A stretch of DNA of 59,164 bases, the filler included, from Asterionella formosa (Eukaryota), in NCBI GenBank assembly GCA_002256025.1. It is 4 parts of 4 records of this genome, joined end to end, with 100 filler letters (N's around TTAATTAATTAA, not from the genome) between each part and the next. Parts side by side here need not be neighbours in the genome. Positions count along the whole stretch, not along the records: positions 29,651 to 44,357 come from NKIB01005814.1; positions 44,458 to 59,164 come from NKIB01005818.1; 2 more parts are not named here. One strand, written 5' to 3'. The number at the start of each line of letters is the position of its first letter. Positions within the stretch are counted from its first letter, which is position 1. The translations under genes and the position numbers were made by a program. Below, in pieces: positions 34,370 through 45,870 of the stretch. Under the pieces are notes generated by a model. It had not been told where the DNA came from, did not search any database, and saw only the letters and a list, made by a program, of their open reading frames with translations.

Positions 34370-35398
34370 TCACTTTCCCTGCAATAAGCGATCCATGTGC
34401 ACCACCACATCCTTGGAGTCGGATCCTTCCCATAGCTTTTCATTCGTATCTGATAAAAATGAGGTATGCTGCCCCGGTAACGAGGAAGATCGAGGAAACC
34501 GTATGAAATCATCGGGCCTTGGAACAAAGACAATGTCTTTTAGAACATCAATGAGGTTATTTTGTGGTGCTTGAGGTTGTATTGCGGGAAACTCAATCCT
34601 GGAATGGAATTGAGACTTTACGTAGCGATCACATTCCTCGAGAGATATTGGCTCCTCATGTTTTAAAGAACCCGAATTCTTAAAAGGGAGCATTCTCTCG
34701 AGAGCGAATGTTGGAAATGCATCCCCTTTACGATTCTTGACAAGGGTATCAAAGTCACGCGATTCTTGGCTTTTTAGGTCCAATGGAGGTGGAGGAATGT
34801 TCCCATGAAAGTAAGCATAATCAATACCGGATTTAGACGGACAAGATGTTCTTGCCTCATGAACCACTTTATTTTCTGGAATTCCACCCATACTTTTGCG
34901 ACGACGGCCCTTCAACTGTGACAAGCTGCCGCTAGTCTTGATTGTTCCACTGGCCTTGAGGCTCGCTTTGTCCTCGTGACGCTTGCTGGTGGTGGTGGTG
35001 CTCCTGCCACTGGTTTTAGAATTCTTCTTCTTCTTACTACTACTTCTCTTGCTATCATGGGAACCCGCTGTAATTGATGAATGCTTGCTGCTGCCGCCAG
35101 ACTCTTGTGTTTCATGGCAGGGAAACAAGATATGATCTTCCTCCGTTTCGTTGGTACTCATGGTTGCTTCTGACATCATGCGCACCATCTTGGCCTTACC
35201 CCAATCGAAGTGTTGCATAGCCGTTTCAAGAGACGGGGATGGAAGGTCATCGTCTTGAAAGTCACCAAAGCCGGATTGCATAAAGTCCTCCGATTCGCAT
35301 CGAACCAGCGCCTGACGAGCAGGGGCCAAGTCATGATCATTACTGTTGGGCTGTATGAAGCGGTTACGGGGCTGAGTGGCTGACGCCATTTGATTCAT
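34370..35398 (-). CDS. Hypothetical protein (Ser/Lys-rich, likely disordered)
   Basis: 342-aa ATG-initiated ORF in a gene-dense region; no recognised domain. Confidence 0.65.
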   Translation of the reverse strand: MNQMASATQPRNRFIQPNSNDHDLAPARQALVRCESEDFMQSGFGDFQDDDLPSPSLETAMQHFDWGKAKMVRMMSEATMSTNETEEDHILFPCHETQESGGSSKHSSITAGSHDSKRSSSKKKKNSKTSGRSTTTTSKRHEDKASLKASGTIKTSGSLSQLKGRRRKSMGGIPENKVVHEARTSCPSKSGIDYAYFHGNIPPPPLDLKSQESRDFDTLVKNRKGDAFPTFALERMLPFKNSGSLKHEEPISLEECDRYVKSQFHSRIEFPAIQPQAPQNNLIDVLKDIVFVPRPDDFIRFPRSSSLPGQHTSFLSDTNEKLWEGSDSKDVVVHMDRLLQGK

Positions 35399-37339
35399 TA
35401 ATATGGGTTAGGCTCGTATAGGACCTGCCTTTGATCAAGATTAGCACTTGGTAGAAATTTTTGCAGTAAATTCGTGTCGGAATAAAGAACAAGAATACCG
35501 GTAGTATGGAATCTTCAGATCAATTGACAATGTTGTGAGGTAGATTCTAATAGTAAAAGCAAACACTCAATCAAAATAACGTCGTAAAGATAAATCACGT
35601 CGTTTGATCCACGTCTTTCCTTATTTGTGGTACTATGCGGCCGATGGCTTGTTGGAGACAAGATGAGAATATTTAAAAATGGAAGGAAACAACGAAGCAA
35701 CAAATGTACTGTTCTATACTACTAGTTTGAAATGTGTGTCATCTTGACAGTGCGGGATACTTTGAATGTGTGATACAATAGAAAGAATTGTACGTATGGA
35801 AACGACAACGACAGGCACTCATTTTATGATCTACCGTTTGTTTATGATATATCTTCCTATATATTTATGCTCAACGCGGCATAGGTTAAACCTTTCGATA
35901 TGATGTTCACTACATATACCCGGTAGGCCTTCACAAACACAGTTATACGTTTGGTGTATAAATGAAGCAAGCATTCATCCAAATACTTTAACAAGAGTCA
36001 TACCAGTATTATTTTCGATTTACGCTCCCATTGACATTATACTACCAGGTACCGGTAAATACATATGATACAGTACCTGGTAGTAATAATACGGGACCGA
36101 CGACTGCAAAAAAGATAATAAAAGAAAACAGGGAGTCGTAGAAGCAAGTCACAGATTGTTTGCGAAGAAGGTATAACGCGTGTGATCGCATATGTGTTGG
36201 AGAATGACCACTATCCCACCAACCACATACGTACCGGTATTTGCAATGACCCCATGTTCAAAACAACCTACATACCGGTGGCTACATCAGGAAGGTCCGG
36301 TAAAATGCGTTTTTTACTTAAGAAAAATAAAGCTAAATATCTCGATTGCCGGACCTTTAACGATTTGTAAAAAGTGGAGTTCAAAATGAGAGCTGCATCG
36401 GTTTTGCTTTATTTTCGACGAACTACCAGGGTAACTGGTTCCTGGTACAGTGCGGGGATACCTGGGTACCGTCGCAATGATCAATAGATACTATCGAGGG
36501 CTTCGTAAACAGAAAAGAATCTGACCAACTCTTGATAATGTCCCCAGAATAACACAGCTCATGCTGACTGCGTCTGTAATGACTGTCGATGTCGTATAAC
36601 GGTATTCGGAAAGGACGCGGGGGAATGGCTTCTTCTCTGTTGAAAAAGGGCGGTTCTTACCGGCTAGATGGTTTGAATGTACTACATGGTTGAGTACCAG
36701 TGTATCCGGTAGATGAAACCTGGTATCGGTACCTGGTACCCTGGTACCTGGTACTGTAAGATAAGAAACCTTCACTGGTACCAGGAACAGGCAGCAGGTA
36801 GTCTACTGTCATTAAAATGAATTACTATATGTTCTCCCATTGCGTTCCGGTATACCGCTATACCAGTACTTCCAACCAAACCTTACGCAATACGGCTTGG
36901 CGGATCATGAATACCGGTAGTCGGAATCTGTGTCTCATGTGACGTAATGTAAAAAGGAAATGTTGGCAGAAGAGTCGGAAAGCAAGGCGAACTTACAGTA
37001 GTACCTTGTACCAGGTACTCAGTAATCGTTGATAGATACATAGATGGTGCTTGGTGTTAAATACTGTCCAGCTTCCAGCATTTAAATCGCTCAGGATGAG
37101 TACACATACGACATCCTCATATGGAAAGCAAGGGCACGAGCGTTTCCCACTCAAAAATTTCAACGACTTGCGGACAATGCTTTGTGTTTGCTCCATCAGG
37201 CGATGGCATTTCGTGAGTACCGGTATGGATATAATATTCCTTCCTAATAAGCAGCATTCAACAATTGCTCATTAATTAACAAAACAGCGGGCAATACTTT
37301 CAACATAGCATACATTTTGAAATAACACGAAGGCAAAAT

Positions 37340-38209
37340 ATGACAATTGACAGTCTGACGCCACCTGAACTTGCGGCACCGGACGGAGAGAATAACTGGA
37401 AATTTCAGCGTCCCATGATGCGAAGGTGGTCACAAGGGTCTGGTCAAGGGAGTTTTAGCACCAGAGCGCCTTCGAAGCGAAGAGTCCAGTTTAGTACCGA
37501 CGACGAAGTCAGGGTTGAGAGTAGCTATGTGTACTTGGCCCAAGAGGAGATCAAGGCGATTTGGTATCGAGTAAGTTTGTTGTTTCAACATTTGTTTCAG
37601 TATAATGAATCAGATTGGCTGCTAATTGCAAACCACTCTCTGAATCTCGCTATTCTCCAGTCCAAAGACTACAGACATTTCGACAAGGATAAGAAAGATA
37701 CCATTAATAAACTGAAGGTGAATGGAGGGGACGTTACTACCTTAGACCCAGAGCGATATTGCCTTCGGGGAATAGAGGAGTACCAGAGTGTCCAAATATA
37801 TCGTGAGAAGCGAAACAATCGTTTGGCGTATACACGGGCTATCCTTGAGGAACAGGAGCGCCAGCGACTGTTCCAAGTTGTTGACTCAAGTGGATATTTT
37901 CAAGTCGGACGTAACTACAATGAATGGGCCACTCAGTTGGCACTACAAGCAGGGGAGCGCGACGAACGTCATGCCAGACTACCGGGAGAAGTGGGTCGTC
38001 AACGAATGCAAAGGCGCGATAGTCAGCGATGGGTGCCAGTGGATTCAGCGGGTGCTACCGAGGAGGATATTCCTAGGGGCGGTGGTAGACGCGATTCTCT
38101 AAATTTGACGAAGCTGAAATCGTCCATCGCAGCATTTAAGTGCCTTATGGAGAAAGATCCCGAATTGTGTACTGCTCTTAGCAGCGATGACGGTTCTATC
38201 GGTGATTGA
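37340..38209 (+). CDS. Diatom-type hypothetical protein; intron 37571-37660
   Basis: RRVQF...WY...CLRGIE...ILEEQERQ pattern seen in a large diatom family. 90-nt GTAAGT...GCTAAT...CCAG intron is in frame. Confidence 0.75.
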   Translation: MTIDSLTPPELAAPDGENNWKFQRPMMRRWSQGSGQGSFSTRAPSKRRVQFSTDDEVRVESSYVYLAQEEIKAIWYRVSLLFQHLFQYNESDWLLIANHSLNLAILQSKDYRHFDKDKKDTINKLKVNGGDVTTLDPERYCLRGIEEYQSVQIYREKRNNRLAYTRAILEEQERQRLFQVVDSSGYFQVGRNYNEWATQLALQAGERDERHARLPGEVGRQRMQRRDSQRWVPVDSAGATEEDIPRGGGRRDSLNLTKLKSSIAAFKCLMEKDPELCTALSSDDGSIGD

Positions 38210-38794
38210 TAATGCTTTCATCATCATGGCTACTCACTCTCATTTCTCATTTAGCTGTTGATGAAGTAATTAAGCAATGCTTCATAGTATTTGACAATGG
38301 TGCATTCCCTAGTATTCCGGTATACCACAATCACTGACTATGACGTTGTACNNNNNNNNNNNNNNNNNNNNNNNNNNNNNNNNNNNNNNNNNNNNNNNNN
38401 NNNNNNNNNNNNNNNNNNNNNNNNNNNNNNNNNNNNNNNNNNNNNNNNNNNNNNNNNNNNNNNNNNNNNNNNNNNNNNNNNNNNNNNNNNNNNNNNNNNN
38501 NNNNNNNNNNNNNNNNNNNNNNNNNNNNNNNNNNNNNNNNNNNNNNNNNNNNNNNNNNNNNNNNNNNNNNNNNNNNNNNNNNNNNNNNNNNNNNNNNNNN
38601 NNNNNNNNNNNNNNNNNNNNNNNNNNNNNNNNNNNNNNNNNNNNNNNNNNNNNNNNNNNNNNNNNNNNNNNNNNNNNNNNNNNNNNNNNNNNNNNNNNNN
38701 NNNNNNNNNNNNNNNNNNNNNNNNNNNNNNNNNNNNNNNNNNNNNNNNNNNNNAATAGGTGCGTGATACTCAGTATAACTCTGTTCTGTACTCT

Positions 38795-39640
38795 TTAGCT
38801 CTCCCTTGTCATGTAAAACACCATTTCATCGTCTCTCTTGCCAGTTCTTCCTGCCCGGACAATTCGAGTATCATGATCAACATAAGTTGTCCTCCAAACT
38901 CGTTGTACGTTATCAAACTTTTGTTTCATAATGGAAACACCAAAAAGGCAAATTTCTATCGTTTCAAAGGTGACAAGCCAACACGTGGCACCATAATCAG
39001 GTTTCATTGGCATTTTGAAAAAGAATGAATCCATCCATGTTGGTTTTGGTTCACTTCTTGTTACTCCTTCTTCATCTCCAACACCATCTCCTTTCCATTT
39101 TCCATCATTTTTGGAATCTACCAGTACAACTCCATCCCATTCTTCCCACTTGGCCATCAATTCTGCTGTAATCCAATCCTTTCCAACTGACAATAGGTTG
39201 CAATATTTGTTCGTATCCAATTCCACGCGTTGTCTGGCAACTCCTTGAAATATTCCCAAAACTCCATTGGATGGCGGTGGCGCCGTCGTATATTGTACTT
39301 TCCACGTGCCTTGTACCAATTTCGATCTAGCAGGTGAGTTATCACTGGATGTGGCTTCCAACATTTGTAAAGTTTGTTGTAAATCTTGTCGCTGTTGTTT
39401 TGTATACGATTGCTTTTTTGTTTGGATTTGTTTGGCAAGTATTGATTTGAGAAATGCGGACGTTGTTGTTTTTTCTTCTGCTTCTGCCAGTGGTTGGACT
39501 ACAACTGAAGAAGTTGCAGAGAGGGGGAAGGAACACGTTGGACGAGCAGGAGGGGCGATTGTCAACCATGCATCGGCGCATGATAAAACAACTCCTACTA
39601 GAACAAGAGGCAGTGATAGCAATGGCTGAATCATCATCAT
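38795..39640 (-). CDS. Plastid lipid-associated protein / fibrillin domain protein
   Basis: Signal peptide ending CADA-W followed by a transit peptide; GTWKVQYTT and WRTTYVDHDTRIVRAG. Confidence 0.85.
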   Translation of the reverse strand: MMMIQPLLSLPLVLVGVVLSCADAWLTIAPPARPTCSFPLSATSSVVVQPLAEAEEKTTTSAFLKSILAKQIQTKKQSYTKQQRQDLQQTLQMLEATSSDNSPARSKLVQGTWKVQYTTAPPPSNGVLGIFQGVARQRVELDTNKYCNLLSVGKDWITAELMAKWEEWDGVVLVDSKNDGKWKGDGVGDEEGVTRSEPKPTWMDSFFFKMPMKPDYGATCWLVTFETIEICLFGVSIMKQKFDNVQRVWRTTYVDHDTRIVRAGRTGKRDDEMVFYMTRES

Positions 39641-40231
39641 GAGGAGAGTCGAGTGTGCGAAGTATTTAATAATATAAATAATAATCCAGAATAAAGCACG
39701 CAAAGTAGAAAAGCCAACAAAGCGATGTAACAGATGTGGTGCACGTGTCGCGGGGTATAAAAAACAACGTGCGTTTTATCCGGCAACAAAGGTGTTAGCA
39801 GATGAGGCGGAGGAGTCGGTTTCGCTTTGCCACGTTTTGGCGCGCTTGTTGCCATTTGTTTTGCATGGTGGGGCCATCTTCGTATTTGGTAGACCGGTAT
39901 ACCAGTACTACCAGGTACCAGGTAGGTAGGAGTACCTGGTATCATTGCAGGTAAACTGAATACATGTATCGGTATCTTGTTATGTACGGAGGTGGAAGGA
40001 GTATGTTGGTACACCACCAGCACTCTTTATTTGTATGTAGATACCGGTACTTTGAATAACTAATAGACACTGGAGTACCGGTACCGCTGCCTTCAGTTTC
40101 ATTCTATGTATGGTTGTACGGGTATCTCGTATGTAGTATCACTATCGGTATCTATTTTACTTGATGCCTCGTACTGTGTCCCTCCCTCCTTCGCTGGCTC
40201 GTTCCATATATTCATCCATCACCGTCAGACC

Positions 40232-42814
40232 ATGACAGCAGTAGCAAGAGCAACAGCGCAAGCAGCAACAGCAAGCAACAGCGCCGACAATGACATTTCC
40301 TTGTCAGCCCTCCTCCAAGCCCTCGCAGTGGGCGTTCGCAGCGTGGCAGCACTGGGCAGTGAGGACTACGACTATCTGCATTCCTTTCCCGAGGTCGCTC
40401 ATGCCATTGAATTGGCGCAGGAGGAGCTCACGCGTGTCATGCAGGATATTTTGATGAAGGACGACTTGACGGACTTGGACGAGTGGGAGCACGCAGCGGA
40501 CCTCTGCGATACTTTGGTGGAACAGGCCGAGGCGTACTTGTCGCAGACCCAGGTCGCGCACATTGGAAACGTCAGTAAGACGCTGCAGCAGAAATATACA
40601 TCTGCGTACGGGCGGTTGATGGAAGGGTTGGTGGACATGACCAAGCCGCAGCTGGCTCTGCAGATTCCTACCGTGGATACTACTCGAGAGGCACTCTTTG
40701 TACCAAAGATTACGATCAAGTACCATGCGATGACACCTCTAGACCTAACACCCCGCGACGGAAGGCCCATGGATACCAAATATTCGGGCAATGTAGAGGA
40801 GTACATGGACATGACGAATGTTATCGGACCATTGCAGCATGTACCTCACCCATATCGAACGGAAATTTTAGCGTTGGAATATTCGGACGCGCGATGGAAT
40901 CCTCCCACGGATAGGCCCAAGGTTCATGTCGTGGAAGATCTGAAGGGGACTTGGATTGATGCAGAAGAGCAACTGCAATCACTGGTCGGCACCATTGTGG
41001 CAAACAGCATTACAACCATTGCCGTGGATTTGGAAGCACACAATTACCGAAGCTTTGCGGGAATGGTGTGTCTGATGCAATTGTCCTTTAAAAATCAACA
41101 AGGCACCATTTGTGATTATTTAATTGACACCCTTAAGCTTTGGAATTGCCTTTCCAAACACCTATCACCTATCTTTGCGAATCCAGATATTTGCAAGGTC
41201 ATGCACGGCGCCGATTCGGATGTTGGATGGTTGCAGCGAGACTTTGGTATCTACGTCGTAAATCTATGGGATACTGGCCGGGCGGCACGAGTTTTAAAAT
41301 TGCCAAGTGCTGGATATGCTCATCTATTGGACTCGTTTGCAGGCATCCAGGCCGATAAGACACATCAGTTAAGTGATTGGAGGCAGCGCCCACTTCCGGA
41401 TGCAATGCATCAGTATGCTGTCATGGACACGCACTACTTGTTGGATATAGCAGAAATGCTGAAATATGATGTGGAACACCATTCATCTCCAGAAGTTACT
41501 ATGGAAAGAGTATGGGAAGCATCCAAGTTGGTATGTTTGATTCGATATGACAAGGAACTCTTTCGTCCAAATGGATACAAGTCACTCATAAGCAATAACA
41601 AAAAGACACAGTCCAATCTAACGGAGCACCAAGAATTGGTTTTGAAAGAATTGTACGACTGGAGAGATGCAACAGCCCGGGAATGTGACGAGAGCGCCCA
41701 ATATGTATGTTCCAACCAAGCTTTGCTACGATTGGCCCTGTCGTGCCCAAAGAATGTTGCATCCCTTCAAACCATGTTCCATCCAATGCCACCTCTCCTA
41801 CTTCAGTTTGCGCAAGACGTCTTGGATATCATCCAACAAGCAGCACAGATCATGTCAGCACCTAGATCGGCATTTTTTAAACCAGCAGAACGAAGTGCTG
41901 GGATTCTCTCACCCGTCTTGGGAACGGAAGCCCTGTACAAGCAAGCTGGTTGGATGACTCCATCTCACATAATGGGGGCGGCAACCTCCACAGATGACGA
42001 CGAAGAAGATAGCGAGTCTCGCAAATTGCTCCTTGTTGATCCGGCGAATAAGGAGTACCAGTCCGGAACGGGTACGTCACATTCGTTGGAACTCAAGGAC
42101 GTCCCCAAAGGAGACCCTACGGCTTCTACCAAGGCACAAATGATTCGTTCTACCTTGACACAGCAAGACATGTTTGGGTTGATATCGCCCGCAAATACTG
42201 AAATGGAAAATGATGACGAGGACGATGTCGACTCTGAACCTGATGATGAGGAATTCGAAATTCCAAAGTCCATGCGTGAAATTTACAAAATTTCAAACCG
42301 CAATCGACGCAACAAGAATGCACCATCACCGACCAACATCGATCGAGTTGTGGGCGATACCCTGCCAGTGGATACTTTGGAGGGAGCAGAAGCGGCGCTA
42401 GGAAATTACTTTACCAATAAACGGCAACGTGCAAAAGACGATGACCAAAATGATGCATCATTTATGCAGGAAATCGGGTGGTTAGAATCCAAGGAAGAAA
42501 TGGACACTTTATTGTTGGAACAGGTGCAGGACGAGCCTGCCGATTCTGAGCGTGGAACGCCAACTTCCGATAAACCCTTTGACTATTCAACTAGTGGTAC
42601 CTTGGGAGTTTATCATTCTACGGCTCCTGCAAATCCGTTCTTTTCTGGAGCAGCAGTGAGTGGACCTGTTTCGCAGGTCCGTGGTGGACGAGGAGCGAAT
42701 GACAAGCGACGTGTGTCCGGAGGCCGTGGTGGGCGAGGGGGGCGAGGGCGTCAAGGAGAACGACCTGAAAAGACAGGTGGGGGCAAGTCTCATGTTTACA
42801 AACAGAGAAAGTAA
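40232..42814 (+). CDS. RRP6: Exosome component 10 / Rrp6 3'-5' exoribonuclease
   Basis: HPYRTEI, AVDLEAHNYRSFAG, HGADSDVGWLQRDFG, DWRQRPLP..M.QYAVMDTHYLL and HRDC domain (WRDATARECDES). Confidence 0.95.
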   Translation: MTAVARATAQAATASNSADNDISLSALLQALAVGVRSVAALGSEDYDYLHSFPEVAHAIELAQEELTRVMQDILMKDDLTDLDEWEHAADLCDTLVEQAEAYLSQTQVAHIGNVSKTLQQKYTSAYGRLMEGLVDMTKPQLALQIPTVDTTREALFVPKITIKYHAMTPLDLTPRDGRPMDTKYSGNVEEYMDMTNVIGPLQHVPHPYRTEILALEYSDARWNPPTDRPKVHVVEDLKGTWIDAEEQLQSLVGTIVANSITTIAVDLEAHNYRSFAGMVCLMQLSFKNQQGTICDYLIDTLKLWNCLSKHLSPIFANPDICKVMHGADSDVGWLQRDFGIYVVNLWDTGRAARVLKLPSAGYAHLLDSFAGIQADKTHQLSDWRQRPLPDAMHQYAVMDTHYLLDIAEMLKYDVEHHSSPEVTMERVWEASKLVCLIRYDKELFRPNGYKSLISNNKKTQSNLTEHQELVLKELYDWRDATARECDESAQYVCSNQALLRLALSCPKNVASLQTMFHPMPPLLLQFAQDVLDIIQQAAQIMSAPRSAFFKPAERSAGILSPVLGTEALYKQAGWMTPSHIMGAATSTDDDEEDSESRKLLLVDPANKEYQSGTGTSHSLELKDVPKGDPTASTKAQMIRSTLTQQDMFGLISPANTEMENDDEDDVDSEPDDEEFEIPKSMREIYKISNRNRRNKNAPSPTNIDRVVGDTLPVDTLEGAEAALGNYFTNKRQRAKDDDQNDASFMQEIGWLESKEEMDTLLLEQVQDEPADSERGTPTSDKPFDYSTSGTLGVYHSTAPANPFFSGAAVSGPVSQVRGGRGANDKRRVSGGRGGRGGRGRQGERPEKTGGGKSHVYKQRK

Positions 42815-43099
42815 GGTCATGACGTTATGGGGCATTTTGATTACAACTCTTCTCTCTCTCTCTGGCAGGTTGGTTGGACCAACTTTTTGCAAATAGGGCG
42901 ATTTATGCTGTCACTGGACATAAAGTTTAATGACGATCATTCGAAAACGATTGGGGAATCAAGTTGTTACTTACAACAAGCGTTCCACGTATGGTGGAAA
43001 GGGAGACTTACCAGAATTAAGGGAATTATAATAATGACAGACTGTGTCATAGCTGAGAATCACAATGGTTGTTTTGATGGTGCAAACAAATCTTTATAT

Positions 43100-44122
43100 T
43101 TATAGATGTATCCTAGATATATTTTTGTGGCACTGCCGGTATTTAATTTCCAAATCCGACAAGGCAAGCCGCAGCAATGGATCACAATCAATACAGTGCT
43201 TTTCCACAAGTTGTCCAAGTGCCATATTAAATCCACCCCCATCACTCGTCCACAAGTGACCAAAGGGTGGCGGACTCCAAATGGTGACACTTTCTTCGTG
43301 GTCCAGATCTACATGCAGTCCTGTTGCATGAAGGTAGGTCCGAGTATTGCCATGAGTGATAACAGTAGTAGCAGTACCCTCTCCATCACTGTAGATGGGA
43401 TCACCTTGAAGAGGCAAGCCAAGACTCTTGGCGGCCACTCGTAGTTGGTGCGTCCTCCCAGTCAAGGGTCGAAAGAGTATCAATGTCTTTGGTAGTAAAT
43501 GAGAAGATTCATCTATTAATGAATTGTTGTTGTTGTTGTTGCCATTAGGTGTCAACCCAGCCAGGCCAGCTGTAAAGTAGCGAGTGACTGCATAATTATT
43601 CTTGTCAGTTTGCGTTTGCCGTGTCAAATACCAAGACTTCCGTCTTCCTCGCACCATACTTCCCTTCACCCATCCCTGCTTCTTGTTGGCGGGTCTTTTT
43701 TTGGCCGACATGCCAGTGTAATATTTAGTAACATTGCCATTTTGAAACGCCTTGGCCAGGATAGATGCCATTTCCTTGTCCTTAGCCAGTAGAAGAATAC
43801 CGGATGTAACTCGGTCTAGTCGGTGGACGCCATAAAGTCTCCCTGAATATTCAATCGCACCGTTGGATTGCTGTTGCCGAATGACGGACAAGATTCCTGG
43901 TTCATTGTTGTCGTTGTTGCTGTTGTTTTCGTCGTGGTGAGGAATGCCAGTAGGTTTGTTGATTGCCAAAATGCGAGCACTTTCATAGAGAATGGGAATG
44001 GGAATACTGCTTTCTATTCTGGAGCTATGCTGTTGCGGCACACAAAAGGAAGATGAAGGAGGAAGAAGCAGCAGCAGTAGCGGTGCTATGCTTAGCAGCT
44101 TTCTTGGAAGAACGACTCTCAT
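43100..44122 (-). CDS. RluA-family RNA pseudouridine synthase, probably plastid-targeted
   Basis: INKPTG, VHRLDRVTSG, TGRTHQLRV and GDPIY; signal peptide ending SSS-F. Confidence 0.92.
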   Translation of the reverse strand: MRVVLPRKLLSIAPLLLLLLPPSSSFCVPQQHSSRIESSIPIPILYESARILAINKPTGIPHHDENNSNNDNNEPGILSVIRQQQSNGAIEYSGRLYGVHRLDRVTSGILLLAKDKEMASILAKAFQNGNVTKYYTGMSAKKRPANKKQGWVKGSMVRGRRKSWYLTRQTQTDKNNYAVTRYFTAGLAGLTPNGNNNNNNSLIDESSHLLPKTLILFRPLTGRTHQLRVAAKSLGLPLQGDPIYSDGEGTATTVITHGNTRTYLHATGLHVDLDHEESVTIWSPPPFGHLWTSDGGGFNMALGQLVEKHCIDCDPLLRLALSDLEIKYRQCHKNISRIHL

Positions 44123-44627
44123 GCTCAACTAATGATTTTTTCTGTCACGCTATAGCTGAACAGGAGCTGATTAGAGAGTTTTGTATCGTGTTGATGTCGT
44201 AGTAATTGTGAGGATGGTTTCGATAACCGGTATACCGGTTTGCAGGACTACCGGTATCCATGGTACCTGGTACCTGGTACTGGGCGGTTGTATTCATGAT
44301 CGTATGATATTTTGGTGGTTGGTGTCTAACTGCCCCCCTGATGATAGTACGCTGCTTNNNNNNNNNNNNNNNNNNNNNNNNNNNNNNNNNNNNNNNNNNN
44401 NTTAATTAATTAANNNNNNNNNNNNNNNNNNNNNNNNNNNNNNNNNNNNNNNNNNNNTTGGTAATGATCACTAGGGCTGATACTATCATGGTACCTATAC
44501 TGTCTTTTTTTAAACCTCCTACCTGTCCTACATTCAATGACTGCACCAAAATTATGGTCCACCTCATGACAACCAATATTCACCAACCCACACACAAAGT
44601 GTGTATGTGTGTGTGTCATCATAATCA

Positions 44628-44942
44628 TTAATTAACACCAGCAAATGTTCCTTCACCTCGATCTTCATCCCACTTGTCCGTCCAAATGGTTGGACAGATC
44701 GAAATGGCCGCTTGTCTCAATTGAGCACATTCTCCTTCTCCAACATTCTTCACACACAGCACCCATTCATTGTACCGATTGAAGCAATGTCCTGCTTGAT
44801 TGGTGGATGGGAATCTCAAATCACGAGGCGTCGTACGAATTTGTTTGACTTGCTTCAACAAAGCCTGTTGTTCCTTGGACAAGTGATCCGGGAGTTCTTC
44901 CGAAAAGATCTTGTTGAGTTTGGGTGGAGCATCGGCCGTCAT
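44628..44942 (-). CDS. COX6B: Cytochrome c oxidase subunit 6B
   Basis: DLRFPSTNQAGHCFNRYNEWVLC...C...ICP..W.DKWDE.R.EGTF, the CX9C/CX10C pattern. Confidence 0.92.
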   Translation of the reverse strand: MTADAPPKLNKIFSEELPDHLSKEQQALLKQVKQIRTTPRDLRFPSTNQAGHCFNRYNEWVLCVKNVGEGECAQLRQAAISICPTIWTDKWDEDRGEGTFAGVN

Positions 44943-45870
44943 GATTTATTTGGAATGAGTGGTATAAATGTGTGTATGTATAAATATTCTGTAACACAAA
45001 GAATGAATGAAAGAAACCAAAAACGACAGTTTGTTAGCGCAAGCATTTCGAAGTTGATGATTGGAGAAATAATATAAAAAATGTTACAGCAGATCCTACA
45101 ACGCTGTGCGCCAGTACTGTATAAACGTATTAAGGCAGATCCTCTGACGGAATCTGGAATTCTGAAAATCAAGCACGAAGTATCGTCACAACGCAACTAC
45201 GGGAAACAATCATGTTGTCGTTTTCACTTTCTCTCGCCGCTGTGGTTTCATTTCTGTTGTCGTTCGAAAATCAATAACTGCCGTCAAGACAACCAACCGG
45301 CAATAGCAAAGGAACAATAGAAAAGGAACAAGCTCTGAAACAAACAGACCTTGTGTGAAAGAATTGCAGATTCAATAGAATATACTGCAACAAATATATA
45401 GATTGCGAAGCAATCCACTCCCACTGTTTGGCTGTGATTGGGAACAAATCCTCTCGCCGACACAGCCACGTTGTGTTCTGATTCGACGTCACCATGTCAC
45501 GACTACTTCGACCAACGTCATTTGGAAGGATATGATAATGGTATTATACCCGGTACCTGGTACTACGCTTCATTCTGTGGAAGTTGCTGTAAATGATAAG
45601 TTTAGCTTTGTTTGCTTGATAGTAAAAACCGTCTTTTGCCGCAACCCCCTTCTTCTGTACATAGAGGAGTGCCGGTACATACATAGGAATATTTACAGCG
45701 TCTTCGGCTCCAGATATGTATCGTACGGTAATATAATAAAAACCGGTACATAGCATACATCAAATCATATACCGGTACCGGTACCTACTGGTATGTGTAA
45801 TCGTCACGAATCTGTTGACACATCCATCAGCCTATTATCCACACATTAACAACAAGCAATTGCCTTCACC

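Noticed and set aside
37571..37660. 30-aa insertion in the 37340-38209 ORF
   Set aside because: It has canonical intron signals; a stop-free 3n intron rather than coding sequence.
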